From Octopus bimaculoides (lineage: Eukaryota): a stretch of 64,000 nucleotides of DNA. Shown here in pieces: positions 51,564-64,000 of the stretch (positions within the stretch are counted from its first letter, which is position 1; each line of letters begins with the position of its first letter). The position numbers and the translations under genes are program-made. The DNA is taken from assembly GCF_001194135.2 (NCBI RefSeq), contig NC_068985.1, forward strand, positions 42,105,549 to 42,169,548. Reading direction: 5' to 3'. The notes under the pieces are model-generated. The model made no database searches and had not been told where the DNA came from. It saw nothing but the letters and a program-made list of their open reading frames with translations.

Positions 51564-52070
51564 TACAGGGTGTCCCAAAAGCCACTGATGGGTTTTAATT
51601 TTTAATAACTTCTTTAACTTTACAAATAAATGCAGAAAAATTTAATACAATATAAAGGACATAATGAAAATTAATATGCACAAGTCAAATTTTGTAACAC
51701 CGCTACATCACATATGAAAAATGACATCGCTTAAATGGCAGCCATTTTCGGCTTCGCTCGCCCGTGCTCTTTCCAAAACTTGCACCATAACACTCTCAAG
51801 AGTTTCAGACTCCGCTTTTCTGATTTCTCTATTGATGTTTTTCTTCAGTTGCACCAGGGTCTCCGGTTTGTTGACGTAAACCCTCTCTTTCAAATATCAC
51901 CACAAGAAAAATCCGGGCTAGTCAGGTCTGGGAAACGTGAAGGCCAGTTGATATTGCCGTAGCGGGAGATTGTTCTCTCTCCAAAGCACTGCCGTAGCAA
52001 CTGCATTGTTTCTTTTGCAGTATGAGCAGTTGCCCCATCTTGCTGGAATCATGTGCGAGGTCTATTTTGA
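51564..52070 (-). mobile_element. Tc1/mariner-superfamily transposase 3' end with one TIR
   Basis: TA+CAGGGTGTCCCAAAA terminus. Minus-strand FQQDGA.AH, WPSR.PDLT..DFFLWGYLKERVY.NKPETL..LK.NI..EI (maT/rosa-like motif). Confidence 0.8.
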
Positions 52071-52290
52071 ATGGCCTTCGCATTCCCCAGTCAGTTGTGT
52101 CAATCTTGCATTCAGTCAGAATCTTTCACACAATCCTTAAAATGTAATTTTGGCTTATCCCATACAAATACCAGTTCGCCATAAAGGATTCGTTTTGGAA
52201 TTCTACTGTCATCTAGTCGCATGCCAAGGCCTATCTAACGAGTCTGTGTTTACGGATGTGAACTTCAATGCTCAGTACTTCAGAATCAGG
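52070..52290 (-). mobile_element. RTE LINE 3' fragment
   Basis: GLGMRLDDSRIPKRILYGEL...KPKLHFKDCVK on the minus strand. Confidence 0.6.
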
Positions 52291-52386
52291 CATATGAGTA
52301 TTACATACATACATACATACATACAAGATCGTAATATAAACCTTCGTATTTTTTATGACTAAAATCTTGCTTCGATTAATTTACAG

Positions 52387-55300
52387 GCGGAGATGGAAAA
52401 AACTGGAATAAGTCTGCATTTAACAAGGATTCAAAAGACTTCAATATTGCCACACAAGATTATATCCCGCATGATCTAAATTATCGGACAAAAATATTCC
52501 AAGGGTCTCAGAGCAAGAAAGACAGCTATAAATCAACGAAGAGAACGTTCTTCGAAAATCCAGCCTCAACTCATGCAGAAAGCGCTGATAGTTCACAAGA
52601 ATTTAACATGAGACGTTATTATAATACAATGAGTTCTTTGCGAAATACTAGGAGGAATAGTAGAGATAAACAAACGGTGAATGGGAAAAATTCGACAGAG
52701 AAAAACGTTGGTCGGCAAGAGCCAAATGCAAAGAACTATAAAAGACCAATGAAAATTATGACCTTAAACAAAAACGGTCGGTTGAATATGCGCAATAAGA
52801 AGACTGACATCCTGCAAATGTACAGGCAACTACTTTTAAAAACTGGACAAATGGAAAAATTTAGAAAGTTAGGAAAAGTTAAGCAACGTCAGTTTATTCG
52901 ACGTTTAATGCTTAAAAACCGCAAGATAGCTAAATTAAAAACTCAAAATGAAATGAACCATATTCATCAGATAAGTCGAGTACCGGAGCTAAATCAAGAT
53001 ACTGAGACAAGTCATGTGACTGGGCTGAGTCATGTATCTGAAAAAGCAACAACTGAAAGTTCAAACAGATTCTCAAATACTCCAACTTCTAGAAATACCA
53101 CGTTGTTGAATGTTTGGACAGATGGGATGCACAATGACAAACACGTTTCTTTAAAGAATGAACCCAGTTATCGAAGCACATCTCATCCTCTAAAATCTTA
53201 CAAAAAAGATTATAGATATTCGCCGGAAGAAAATCAAAGATCACAGAAACATAAAAAGGAACAAGTTATGCAGCAAAAGTTCGATAGTTTCCAACGTGAG
53301 AAAGGAAAAAATAGAAAACCATTTCTTGTCATGACTTCTCCAAATATGATAGATTCCGGAACACATCAACCAAATGCATTTATGTTTAATCAAAATGGCG
53401 ATGTCGTCCATTACAGAGGCTCTTCTTATCAAACGATTTATCCCGAATTTGAACAACAAAGATCATTTACCTTCAAAAATAATATGCCATATCTAAGAGA
53501 TATTCCTAACACATCACAAGCTGATATTAAGACTAAAAAAGAAGAGGAAAATTCGTCTGAAAACAAAATAGACGATGAAAATAATGCGAAAAAAAGACAA
53601 GATGAAAACGCAGACAACGAAGATGATGTAGATAATGAAATAAAGAAATCATCTGCAGAAGATAAAGACAAGTATGATTCTCATCAGCAGACTCAAACCC
53701 GACTCCCTGCCACCTTTACAATACGAGCTAAAAATTACAATGATATGAGTCCAAGCTTTCGGACACCTCGATACGATTTTACTCAACAATTTAATCGGCG
53801 CCAAAAGAAAAAACGTTTAATTCAAAGAGGAAAACTTCATTTACCTTCAAAAAACCTTCCTCTTAAAACTTTTAGAAATAAGTTCAGAGTAAATCGAAGA
53901 CAAAACCGATATGGCATGCTCAGAGAAACACCACCTTGGTCTAAGTTCCGTGCAAATATTGGTCAGCCTTCTCAGTTTGTCATGATTTCAAGCGACCGTA
54001 GAAAAGATATGCCAATTCCTAGGAAGGAAGATCAAGATTCCTCGGAAGACACTTCAGAAAGTGAACAAAGTCAATTTTCCCCTCCTTACTATCACACGTT
54101 GTCCCCGGGTCTAAATTCAATGGATATTGCCGGGGGGTTTCAATATAACTATCATCCTTATGCTGGTAACGATCAACTAGATCAGCAAAACAAAGTGGAT
54201 TATTATCAACAATATCCCATTACACATGTTGAGGACAATAACGAAGATAGCTCTGATGAAAACACTTCTATAGAGCAAGAGCAAGGAGACGAGACAGATT
54301 ACCAAGAACCACCCTCATATGTAGGCATGCACGGGTCAGATGTTGCTCTTGATACAGGTAGAGTAAATGAAGTGAACCATTTTTACGGTGAAAGTACGAT
54401 TGTACCTTTAGGTCAATTGAAACATGATCAAGATGATGACGACCAGGATGACAATATCAACTCCTCAGAGAACGCAGTGGAAGAAACATCGGAAGAGCAA
54501 GATAATCAAAAACAAATGCCGGAAAATATCCACAAAAATCGTGATTCACCTGACACTCTCCTAATCGTACTAGATAATGACTCAAAGACAAAGAAAAATA
54601 TTGATAATGAAGAACATAATCAATTCAAACAATCCTCTGCCGAAGACTTTACTGAAGGTAAAAAAGCTAGTCCAATAATGAAAGCCGATCACTCATTATC
54701 AAATGGAATATTAGTTATACTAGATAATGATGGAGAAAAACCAATAAGCACAATAAAACCCACTCCAGCAATAGAGAAAAGTAAACACTTTCCTGAAGAT
54801 AAACCTAAGCAATCTGCAAAGACAATTAAAATAAACGTTAGTAGTAATTCTAGTTCTCTTGAAATGTCTAACAAATACTCGTATTCATTTTTAAACGAGA
54901 CCTCAAATAAACATTCATATAAACCTCTGAATATCACAAAAAGCAATGAATCATCAAACAACAGCAGTAACAATTTCACCAAAACTATAACCTCTATTAA
55001 TGATATTTCCTTTAGTTTAAATAGTTCTGATCAGAGTCATCGACCATCTTTTAGTGTAAACAGTTCTAATCAACTTTACAGAACATCTTTGAAGCCCCTG
55101 CGGCCATCAAGTGAAAAGAAAAATTCTTTGAATAATCTTTTGATTGAATTAGGAACTAAAGATAACATATTCAACATCCGAACGCCCAGTAGAGGAATTA
55201 GCCAACGTGCTGGAGATTACCATAAAGGAATATCGGAAAGCAAATCACTAAGAAAAGATCAACGTTTCCGACTTGTAAACAAATCACGCCCTGTTACAAA

Positions 55301-58300
55301 CCGTTACAAAAGCAATGGGCGTAAAATAAAAAAGAAATTTAGGTACAAAAACATTGGCCATCCTTTCAAAAACGTTCGTCGCACTGGAAATAGTAACATT
55401 TCTATGAGGAAAAGATTTAGGAAATTATACCCAAATATTCACTTCCAAGCTGATACTGAACTGTTTGGTAACCGTGTTAGAGAAGTCGTAGAAATTCCTG
55501 ACATTGATTGGACATTAAATGGATCGACTTTGGAAGGTGATAGCATTAATTTATTGAAGAAATCAAAATCAACTGAAAATAAAACCATAACCTCCGGTCA
55601 TTTACCTCAAGAAGATCTTTCAGAAAGATTACCTCAAAATAATAATGTAATCCGAGGTATACATGCCATCAACACAAATATATTAGATTCCCAGAAAACC
55701 GATTCCCAGTCCATTGAAGATGACAACAGATACCGGAAAATACCCTTGGAGTATCCAAAAGATGTTGACGAATACAGACTTGATCACTTACATGGAATTC
55801 CGAACGTGTTCACTGTGGTGTCAAATACGAAAGATGATGATGACGATGATGATTCTGCTGAATATAGTCAGTCGAATCATAACCTAGTGATCAACACGAT
55901 TAAGTATAAATCACCCAATATAGATATGAATCCCATTGATTCTTTAAATCCTGTCTATTTAAATACCTTAAAAGATATTCGAAACTTTGTAGATACACAC
56001 AGCGAAGATAAAGATGATTTCAATGAAAGACTAGATGAAGAAAGAGAAGAAGTGCAAGAAAATATGGAATACTCAAATAAACAGCCAGCATTTCATCCAC
56101 TTTTGGCGAGAGGCAGAGAAGATTCGTATAAGACCGTATCTAATATTCAGTTAAATAATGAAAAGATGTCTCCTGTTTACAGGGAAATAAGCGGCTCACA
56201 AGAAGAATTTCCCGATATTGAGAGAGATCATGTTATTGGCGACTATCATTATCCAAAATTCGATCAATTGAAAACAAAGATACAGCTTCCCACTGAACTA
56301 TACCAAGATAGACTATATGGAATCGATTCGGATGACGAAAATGAAGAATTGCCGCTGATGTACAGAGATATAATGTACAAAAAGCGCTTATCCAAACACG
56401 ACAATAATAGAATGTCGCATGATAATGACGATACATTTTCTACATCGGAAAGAGTAAACACAATGAACACAAATAAGCAAAATAATCTGAACAATTTCTA
56501 TGTGCTGGGCAATAAGCCAAGTAAATTAAACCATACAGTTGGTGATTTCCACAACAATAGTAGAATAAAAGTCAACCACCCACTAATGTCACACAATTCA
56601 ATAAGTGCTCTCTATGGACAATCTCCATTAAACCCTGACGAAACATATGATTCAGTCGAGGATAGCAACTTGGACTCCACTAGTATGGCGGATGAATTAA
56701 ACTATCGCAATAAAAAACGGAAGTTGATTTCTTCAAGTTCACACAGTTTGCATAATAAAATACTTGTTACAGGCGCTGATACACCTGGATTATTAGGTTC
56801 AACGAAAAGTGAACGAACATTAAACGAGAATCGTCTGAAAAATACTTTGCAAAAGAAAACTTCCAGCCTTTTCAAGAGTCATCTACGTAACCGTGATAAA
56901 TTGTCAGATGATGCTTCCATCCGTTCTATAGAAGGGGTTCGATCTGACCAAGAATTTTATAGAACCTCGTCTGGCAGAAAAAGTCAGATTCTCGGTCAAG
57001 AAAATCGGGAAATCTATTTGCCCAGAGATTTTCATAGCTCCGAAATGATATGGAGAAACGGAAAAAGTCCTTTACGTGGGATAGAGACTCAAGATATACC
57101 TCGTCAATATTGGCGAATTTATCAACTTCTAAAGAATGGAAATTTACCAGAAAAATACAGACCGTTATATTATCACTTAAAAGACGAAATAGATAAAATT
57201 GCCAATAAATCTTCGCAAGGTGACATCTATAAAACCAATGCTCATAATAACCTTTCAGATCCAAATGAAACCTTGAATGAATTTGATATAAAATTAACTA
57301 ATAGATCTGGTAGTTCTCCATTGTGGGACAACAAAAATGAAGTAGATATTCTTAAGAGAAACGAGTATGAGAAGAAAACAGATAAGGAAGCTACCGATAT
57401 TGGTCTAGCAATGCAAAAGAGCAAAAAGAAATTGAGTGTAGTTGATGTTCATGATGACACACAAATCGCTTTAGAAGGAGTTTATCTGAAGGGTGGTTTA
57501 GACTCTAATAATAAGGATTTGGGGACACCAGAATTTGGTGGTCGGCCATTGGAAGATGAAAGTATTTCTGGAGATTTTGGAACCAATACATTTGAGGAAA
57601 ATAATAAAAACTGGAGGGATACAAGTTTCGATATTGGCATTTCAAATCCAAAGTGGAACGATACATTAGCTTATGAAGAATCCAGGATGAAGGAGAAAAC
57701 TGCATTTCTGAATGATAAGGACTACAATATGAATAGCATGGATTACCAAAAACTGCACAAAAACTTTTCTGATTATGAATTAACAAAAGGCCATAAGAGC
57801 GAAAACAGTTATCCGTTAGTTGATGAACAATTGCATAAAACACAATATAAAAATTACTTCGATGAAAATAGTCCTGGACTCTTTGAGAATGGAGTTCATT
57901 TTGGGGTTCATGGCAAAGCAGATAAAGGCCAGCAGAAACACGATATAAATACAAATTCTCGAGGACCAAACAGCAAAGTTCTCGGTCCTAATGATCAAGA
58001 GAGTATACAGTATCCCACAGAAAACGGAAGTCCACTCACGGATATTATTGAGAATCATCAATATGAAAACGTATATAATTATCATGGGAGTATATATGAC
58101 CCATACGATTACCTAGGGGAAGTGGATATCAGCCAACTGGACCCAGTTGAAAAGGCTTTTCAAATACCTTACAACAGTGTTCCAGAGAGTACACTCACTA
58201 AATTTGATAATCAAGGAAATCATTTAGAATCTTCAGATTTAACAAACACAAATTTACAAAAAAATAGGTTAATGAAAGACAATTCAAATTTATTGACCCA

Positions 58301-61300
58301 GTATAGTGATGAAATGAATTTAAACGGTCGGGTAAGCCCAGAAAAACAGACCCCTAGTATCGATAAAGATACAGAAAAGATCAAGAGCATGAGTAGAACC
58401 ATAAACATAGATAAACCAGGAATCTTTGGTAGTGATTTTCAAGAGAAATCTGATCAAGTTGTATTAGATAAATATTTATCACATGATGTATTCCAAAAAG
58501 TATACGAAAGTCAAGGGGAAGGTAAACGCTTACATGAAAGCCATGAGGGAAGAAAACACTTGCAAGACAGCCACGGGGAAAAAAAACGCTTGCAAGACAC
58601 CCATGGGGAAAGAAAACACGTGCAAGACAGCCATGGGGAAAGAAAACACTTGCAAGACAGCCACGGGGAAAGAAAACGCTTGCAAGACACCCATGGGGAA
58701 AGAAAACATTTGCAAGACACCCATGGGGAAAGAAAACATTTGCAAGACAACCACGGGGAAATAAAACACTTGCAAGACAGCCATGAGGGAAGAAAATATT
58801 TGCAAGACACCCATGGGGAAAGAAAACACTTGCAAGACAGCCATGGAGAAAGAAAACACTTGCAAGACACCCATGGGGAAAGAAAACACGCACACGACAA
58901 TCGTAGAGAAAGAAAGCAAGGACAAGGTAGCCATGAAGAGAAAAAATATTTACATGGTAATTTTTGGGAAGGAAAGCATTCTCAAGACAGTTCTAGAGGA
59001 GATAGAAAACCTTCGCATGATAGTCTTTGGGAAGGAAAGCACTCAAAACACAGTCGCAGAAGAGCAAAGCCGTTTCAACACAGTCGCAGTGAAGCAAAAA
59101 TTCTACAAAGCCATAGGGATATTAATGATGATGAAGATGATAGTAAAACACAAGAAATAGATATTGCCAAGCCAAATGATAATGAGTTAACAGAAGACAT
59201 TGACGATGGCGATGCAAAACATTATTCTGGAAATAACTACTATTCTGATATCATTGTCCAGCCATTAGGCTTAACAGAGAAAAACTTGCCAAACACATTT
59301 CAAATATCTCCAAGTAACGTCTTTTCAACATCGGCAACAATAATACATCGGAATAAAACTACAGAGGAGAGCAGAACTGATGCTAAAGAAACTGATGTTA
59401 AATATATTGATCACAAAATGTTTTCTGTAACTCAGAAGAAAATTTTCAAATCATCGTTACCTGTCTCTGTAAGTAACTTAGAAGGTACTGACAACAAATG
59501 GCTTTATTCTAGTACGGATAACGGAGATGCAATTCGAAATGTCTCTTCCGAAGAAAAACAAGGAAAACAATTTGTTGACGTAGGTGTTCCGCTGACGTCT
59601 TCACATCCATCACAATTTCAGAATATCTCTAGGACATCAGATGCTATTGATATAGATGGAAGTCGATTTAAAGAAATAAGCAATATTACAGAAGAGACTG
59701 AATCTCAAGGAAATCAGTCATTGTTTTTAGATAGAATTTCTTTTGAACCAACTTTATCGGATTTGGATAGTACGTCTGTCAAAATAAAGAAGTACAACAC
59801 TCACCAAAGATTAGTTACATTTGGTAAGGATGACCACCAAGTATCAAAACATGGCTCGTCTGAGTTAGGAGGAATTTCCAGGAGTGATTTCAATTCAAGC
59901 CAAATATATGAGGACCCGACATTTCGCGGAGAGATGGTACAGGCTGATGATGCAAATGCGACAGAAATTCCACAACTAACATCAGCAAATGACTTTTTGA
60001 TATACGATGAGAATTATGATCTTTTACCTGAAGAAAGTTCGAGAGACGAAAAGAACAGCAGTGAAAATTTAGATGAAGTGCATGATGATAGCATGAACAC
60101 CTCTGTGCATGTTGAAGGGACTGTAGAAAAATGGGGACGTGGCGGACATTCGATTAAACCAACAACATCACTATCTGATGATAAAAACATCGATGACATT
60201 GCAAAGAAAGACACTGAAAACGATCCGTTAAAATCTCAACCATCGTACATGGATGAGAGTGAACATCTATTAGCAGAGATAGAACTCGGAGAGTCATTTC
60301 CTCAGTTAGAGGATAAAAAGATACCCCATACACCAGAAGAGGAATACCGTGAACATCAACATCACATGGGTGCCTCCCCTATTAACCGAGATATTCATCA
60401 GCTACATCAAATCTTACCAGATATTCTGGTTGAAGAACCTGATATCTCACACAAACCAACTGTTCTTCAAACGACAACTGCTTTGAAAGACACTGAAAAG
60501 CATGTTAAAATTTCTGAAACAGTAAAAAAAGAAACTGTTCCAGCAATTGACATTGACAAACAGGTGTTCTTTAAGGGATCAGATATAGATAAAGAAAAGA
60601 AAAGAATCACTGGAAGAACAGAAGCATCGAAACTGGACTTTTTTGAACACGATTCGTTTCAGAAGCCCGAAACACTCATGATGGAGACAACTGAAGAAAC
60701 TCAAACAGATGCTAAGGATTCTCCGTCTACAAATATTATTGAACAAGAAGTAACTGGAGAAAGAACTGAAGAGAACATTTTACAAACAGCTGAAGACAAA
60801 ATACTTCCAACTGATCTCGGTTTTAAAACAAAAGAAGACTCATTTGATTCTCATAAGAAATCTACTCATGGAGTTAGATCTGAAATACCTTCACTAGGAC
60901 TTAACACTAAATTTATAACTTATGAAGGATCTGCCTTACCAACAATAACAGCAGGGCTTCAAGAAAGTCAGTCCTCATTCCTCCATTCATCTAATAATTC
61001 CGTCCCAAAAATTGAGACACAAGATGTGCTAGGTAAATTAATCACTGAACAAGGTGAGAAAACGTCTAAAGAAAGTTATACGGGAACAACACGTGATATC
61101 AAGGCTGATCCAGACATGAAAACGTTAGGATTGCTTCAATCTAGGAAAGAGGTGAAGACATTCAATAAAACAGGCCTGCAAGACAAACTTGATATTGTTA
61201 AATCGGATACTACTTTGCTTGGTATCGAAGAACTTATAATACATGAATCTAAACCACAAAGCACATTGCAAGGTAGTGATAAATCACAAAGTCAACACCA

Positions 61301-64000
61301 TGAATATCTAGATGGTATTTTACAAAGTACTGATAAATCTAGAAGCCGTCAACCGACTACAAAGGTTGGTACTTTACAGAGTGGGGAACCATTTGAAACA
61401 GATGTTACCATTAAGGGTTCTGGTAAATTAAAAGAATATGAAGCACCTGCAAAATATGTTACATTACAGGGTAGACAGACATCAATGAAATCTAAATCAA
61501 CAGTAATGGATGGTACTGCACACGATATTGATATATCGAGAAGTCCTAAAACAATTCAGATTAATGATAGCATATATAGCAGTGGCAGTAAATTACATGG
61601 CTATGAATCATCGACACAGCTCCATGATACTTATGAACATAAAGCTACTCATGTAGGAGACAGCACTTCATATAGTAGGGAGAAATCAAAAAAATCTGAA
61701 ACAACTCTGCAAGACAGTATTTCTCAGGCTACAGAAGAAAAACGACTACCTAGCTTATCTCATCTAGATGGCGCATCACTTGGTGCAGACATATCAAAAA
61801 TATATGTGGAGCCAACACAAGCAGTCAGTACCTTGAGAGATACATCTCAATTACATGAAGCTTCATATGGTAGAGGTGATTCAAGAGGACATACACCGAT
61901 TCAAGTAAATCATACTATGCAACATATAGAAGAATTAAGAGGACAACAACCAACTCAGTTATATGGTACCTTGCCGGGTAAAGATGAACATAAACACACA
62001 CCAGTTCAGCTAGATGACGCATTGCTTGGCATTGATGAATCACATAAACTTGAATTGTCCCATACAGACAATACCTCACAAGGTCCAGAGAAAGAAATAT
62101 TTCACGAGGCGAAACTACATAATGCTTCCCATAGTATAGATGAAGTTAGAAGACATGAGATGATTAAATTGCAAAATATTTCATATGACATTGAGGAATC
62201 GAAGAGGAATGAATCGACCCAGGTACTCAACACATCACTTAGTATTGATAAATTAAAAGAACATAAACCCATTCAACTGAACACTACCTTAGATAGTACA
62301 GATATATCGCATAGACTTGGACCTTCTCTACTAGATGGTAGCTCACATGCTACTAGTGAATTCTACAGGCAGGAATCAACTATTGTAGACTATGCTTTGC
62401 ATGGTATACATGAATCAAAAGAATACGAACCAACTCAAATAGATGGTACGTCGAACGTTGGTACAAGTAAACTGAATGAATATGAACCGACTATCGATGG
62501 TACTTTGCATGATACAAGTGAATTATTTAAGCATAATCAATCTCAGTTATATGGTACTTCACATGGTACAGACGCATTTAAAAGGCAAGAACCGGTTCAG
62601 TTAGAGGGTACCGTGAACATTGGTTCAGATAAACAGGGCGAATATGAACCGACTCAACTAAGTGGTACTTCTCATGATACAGGACGACTTATTAATGATA
62701 AATCATCTCTGTTAGATGGTGTTTCAGATGGATTTAATAAGTCCCATGGGCAGGAACTGATTCAAATAGATGGTATAGATGGTATCTCATACGATACAGG
62801 TGGTTTGCATGGACCTAAACTCTCTAAATTAGATGGTACCTTACGTGATACAGGTGAGCTGTATGGACACAAGTCAACAGAACTAGCTAGTACTCTTCAT
62901 GGACATAAACCGACTCAAACAGATGACATCTCTCATATTACAAAAGGATTATCTGAACAAGAAGCATCACTGCTAGATAGTTCTACTTATAGTACAGGTG
63001 AATTAAATACTCATGGACCAACTCAGTTCGAAAGCATCCCATCACATAGTATAGATGGACTACAAAGTATAGGTGGACTACAACTGTCTCAATTAGATCG
63101 TAGAAGACAGGAAACAGATGAACTACCTGGACACAAACCATCATCTCCAGATAGTACTCCATATAGTACAGATGGACTGCATGGATATGAATCGTCTCAA
63201 GTGGATGGTATTTCGTATAGAATAAAAGAATCAACAAGTCATAAATTAACTCAAGCAAATGGTAGCTTGTATAATGTAACAGAATCAAGAAACCATTCAG
63301 AACCGCACCAGTATGATACTTGGCATAGTCTAAATAAATATGAAACTACTCAATCAGATGGTAATAGACAAAGTAAGGGTATCTTTAGAAGTAGTGAAAC
63401 TGTTAGATCGGATGTTGACTTACCTTTTAACGAAACATCAAAGCACGGAGAAGCAACGAAAACAGATGATGGTATTAAATTAACTAGTTATCGAATACCG
63501 AAACTAACTGGTGTATCTCTGGAAAGTGATGGGTCCTCGAGACAACATGGTACATTACATGTTACAGATGATAATTTACAGGATTCTAAAAGTAATGTAA
63601 TGGGTGATAGCTCACATGTTACAGACAAAATGAAAAGCCACAGACAATTTAAATTTGATCATACAGTGAGCAGTTCGGACAAATCTAGAATTACTCAGTC
63701 AGCTAAACAATATATTAGCTTGGATGATACTGAGAAATCGAAAACATTGGATAGTACTTGGCGTAGAACTGATGAGTTGGGAATGTTTCAAACGCCTAAA
63801 ACTGACATTATATATCACAGTACTGAAAGACCAAAGAGTTATGAACCTGTAGGGACATATGACATGTTGCATGGTTCAACTAATATAGATGGTACCTTAC
63901 AAGATACTGATATATTGAGAGGTTACGATCCATCACAACCAGATGCTAGCCCATATAGTACAGATAAAGAAGGAGTGTATGTGTCAAAAACTGATGAAGC
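52387..64000 (+). CDS. Giant coding exon (>=11,614 nt, ~3870 codons, open at window end) of an uncharacterised, probably secreted, low-complexity protein
   Basis: Manual translation of the frame with codons starting at 52389 (GGA GAT GGA AAA AAC TGG... = GDGKNWNKSAFNKDSKDF...) shows no stop through 63998 (...EGVYVSKTDE). In-frame TAA at 52377-52379 is followed by acceptor TTTACAG|GC (52380-52386), so the exon starts in phase 1. First in-frame ATG is at 52608. No microsatellites or TE relics interrupt it, unlike the rest of the window. Confidence 0.93.
58530..58889 (+). repeat. Coding 30-bp tandem repeat, 12 units, consensus peptide LQD[S/T]HGERKH
   Basis: Units read directly: LHESHEGRKH, LQDSHGEKKR, LQDTHGERKH, VQDSHGERKH, LQDSHGERKR, LQDTHGERKH x2, LQDNHGEIKH, LQDSHEGRKY, LQDTHGERKH, LQDSHGERKH, LQDTHGERKH. 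Degenerate units continue to about 59110. Confidence 0.95.
61250..64000 (+). repeat. Coding degenerate repeat, ~18-19 aa period, consensus approx. [EK]PTQLDGT[LS]H[DG]T[GD]ELxGH
   Basis: Examples: YEPTQIDGTSNVGTSKLNE, NQSQLYGTSHGTDAFKRQ, YEPTQLSGTSHDTGRLIND, KLSKLDGTLRDTGELYGH, EASLLDSSTYSTGELNTH. GATGGTAC/GATAGTAC recurs at the DNA level. Confidence 0.75.

Noticed and set aside
58381-59160. Overlapping ORFs in other frames and strands over the 30-bp array (FFPHGCLASV, MGKENTCKTA etc.), or a CRISPR-like array
   Set aside because: These are shadow ORFs of a tandem repeat whose unit lacks stops in several frames. Repeats are contiguous with no unique spacers, and the only frame that extends for kilobases is the giant exon.
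53241-63288. Hydrophobic minus-strand ORFs listed in the track over the giant exon
   Set aside because: Antisense shadows of an A-rich, K/E/D/N-coding sense frame. They are short and lack independent splice or start support.

Overview
AT-rich eukaryotic (animal) genomic DNA, most consistent with an octopus/coleoid cephalopod scaffold. That call rests on the tRNA-headed SINE families, dense microsatellites and TTAGGG repeats, and is an inference. There are many N gaps, no CRISPR arrays and no true tRNA/rRNA genes. About 50 kb is intronic or intergenic and packed with degraded LINEs (RTE, R4/Dong-like, Penelope), SINEs, Tc1/mariner and hAT relics and a probable LTR. Two host genes are visible, both on +. 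(1) The 3' end of a gene built from tiny exons (2108-2140, 3235-3262, 5299-5358, 7825-7861) that splice in frame and encode a PxIxIT-type motif (PRIVIT). (2) The 5' part of a very large gene that the ORF track misses because its frame runs off the window. It has a signal-peptide exon (32614-32668) and a single giant exon of at least 11.6 kb (52387 to beyond 64000, about 3870 stop-free codons). That exon encodes a hydrophilic, apparently Cys-free, charge-blocky protein with a His-rich decapeptide array and a long 18-19 aa degenerate repeat region. Other notable structures: a MITE family with a telomere-repeat palindrome at its centre (2 copies), an RTE LINE ending in three C2H2 fingers, an RTE insertion with a textbook twin-priming 5' inversion and 11-bp TSD, and a co-oriented nest of R4/Dong-like LINE ends and SINEs in (ATT)n arrays. 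All translations and alignments were done by eye, and repeat boundaries are approximate unless a TSD or TIR is quoted.
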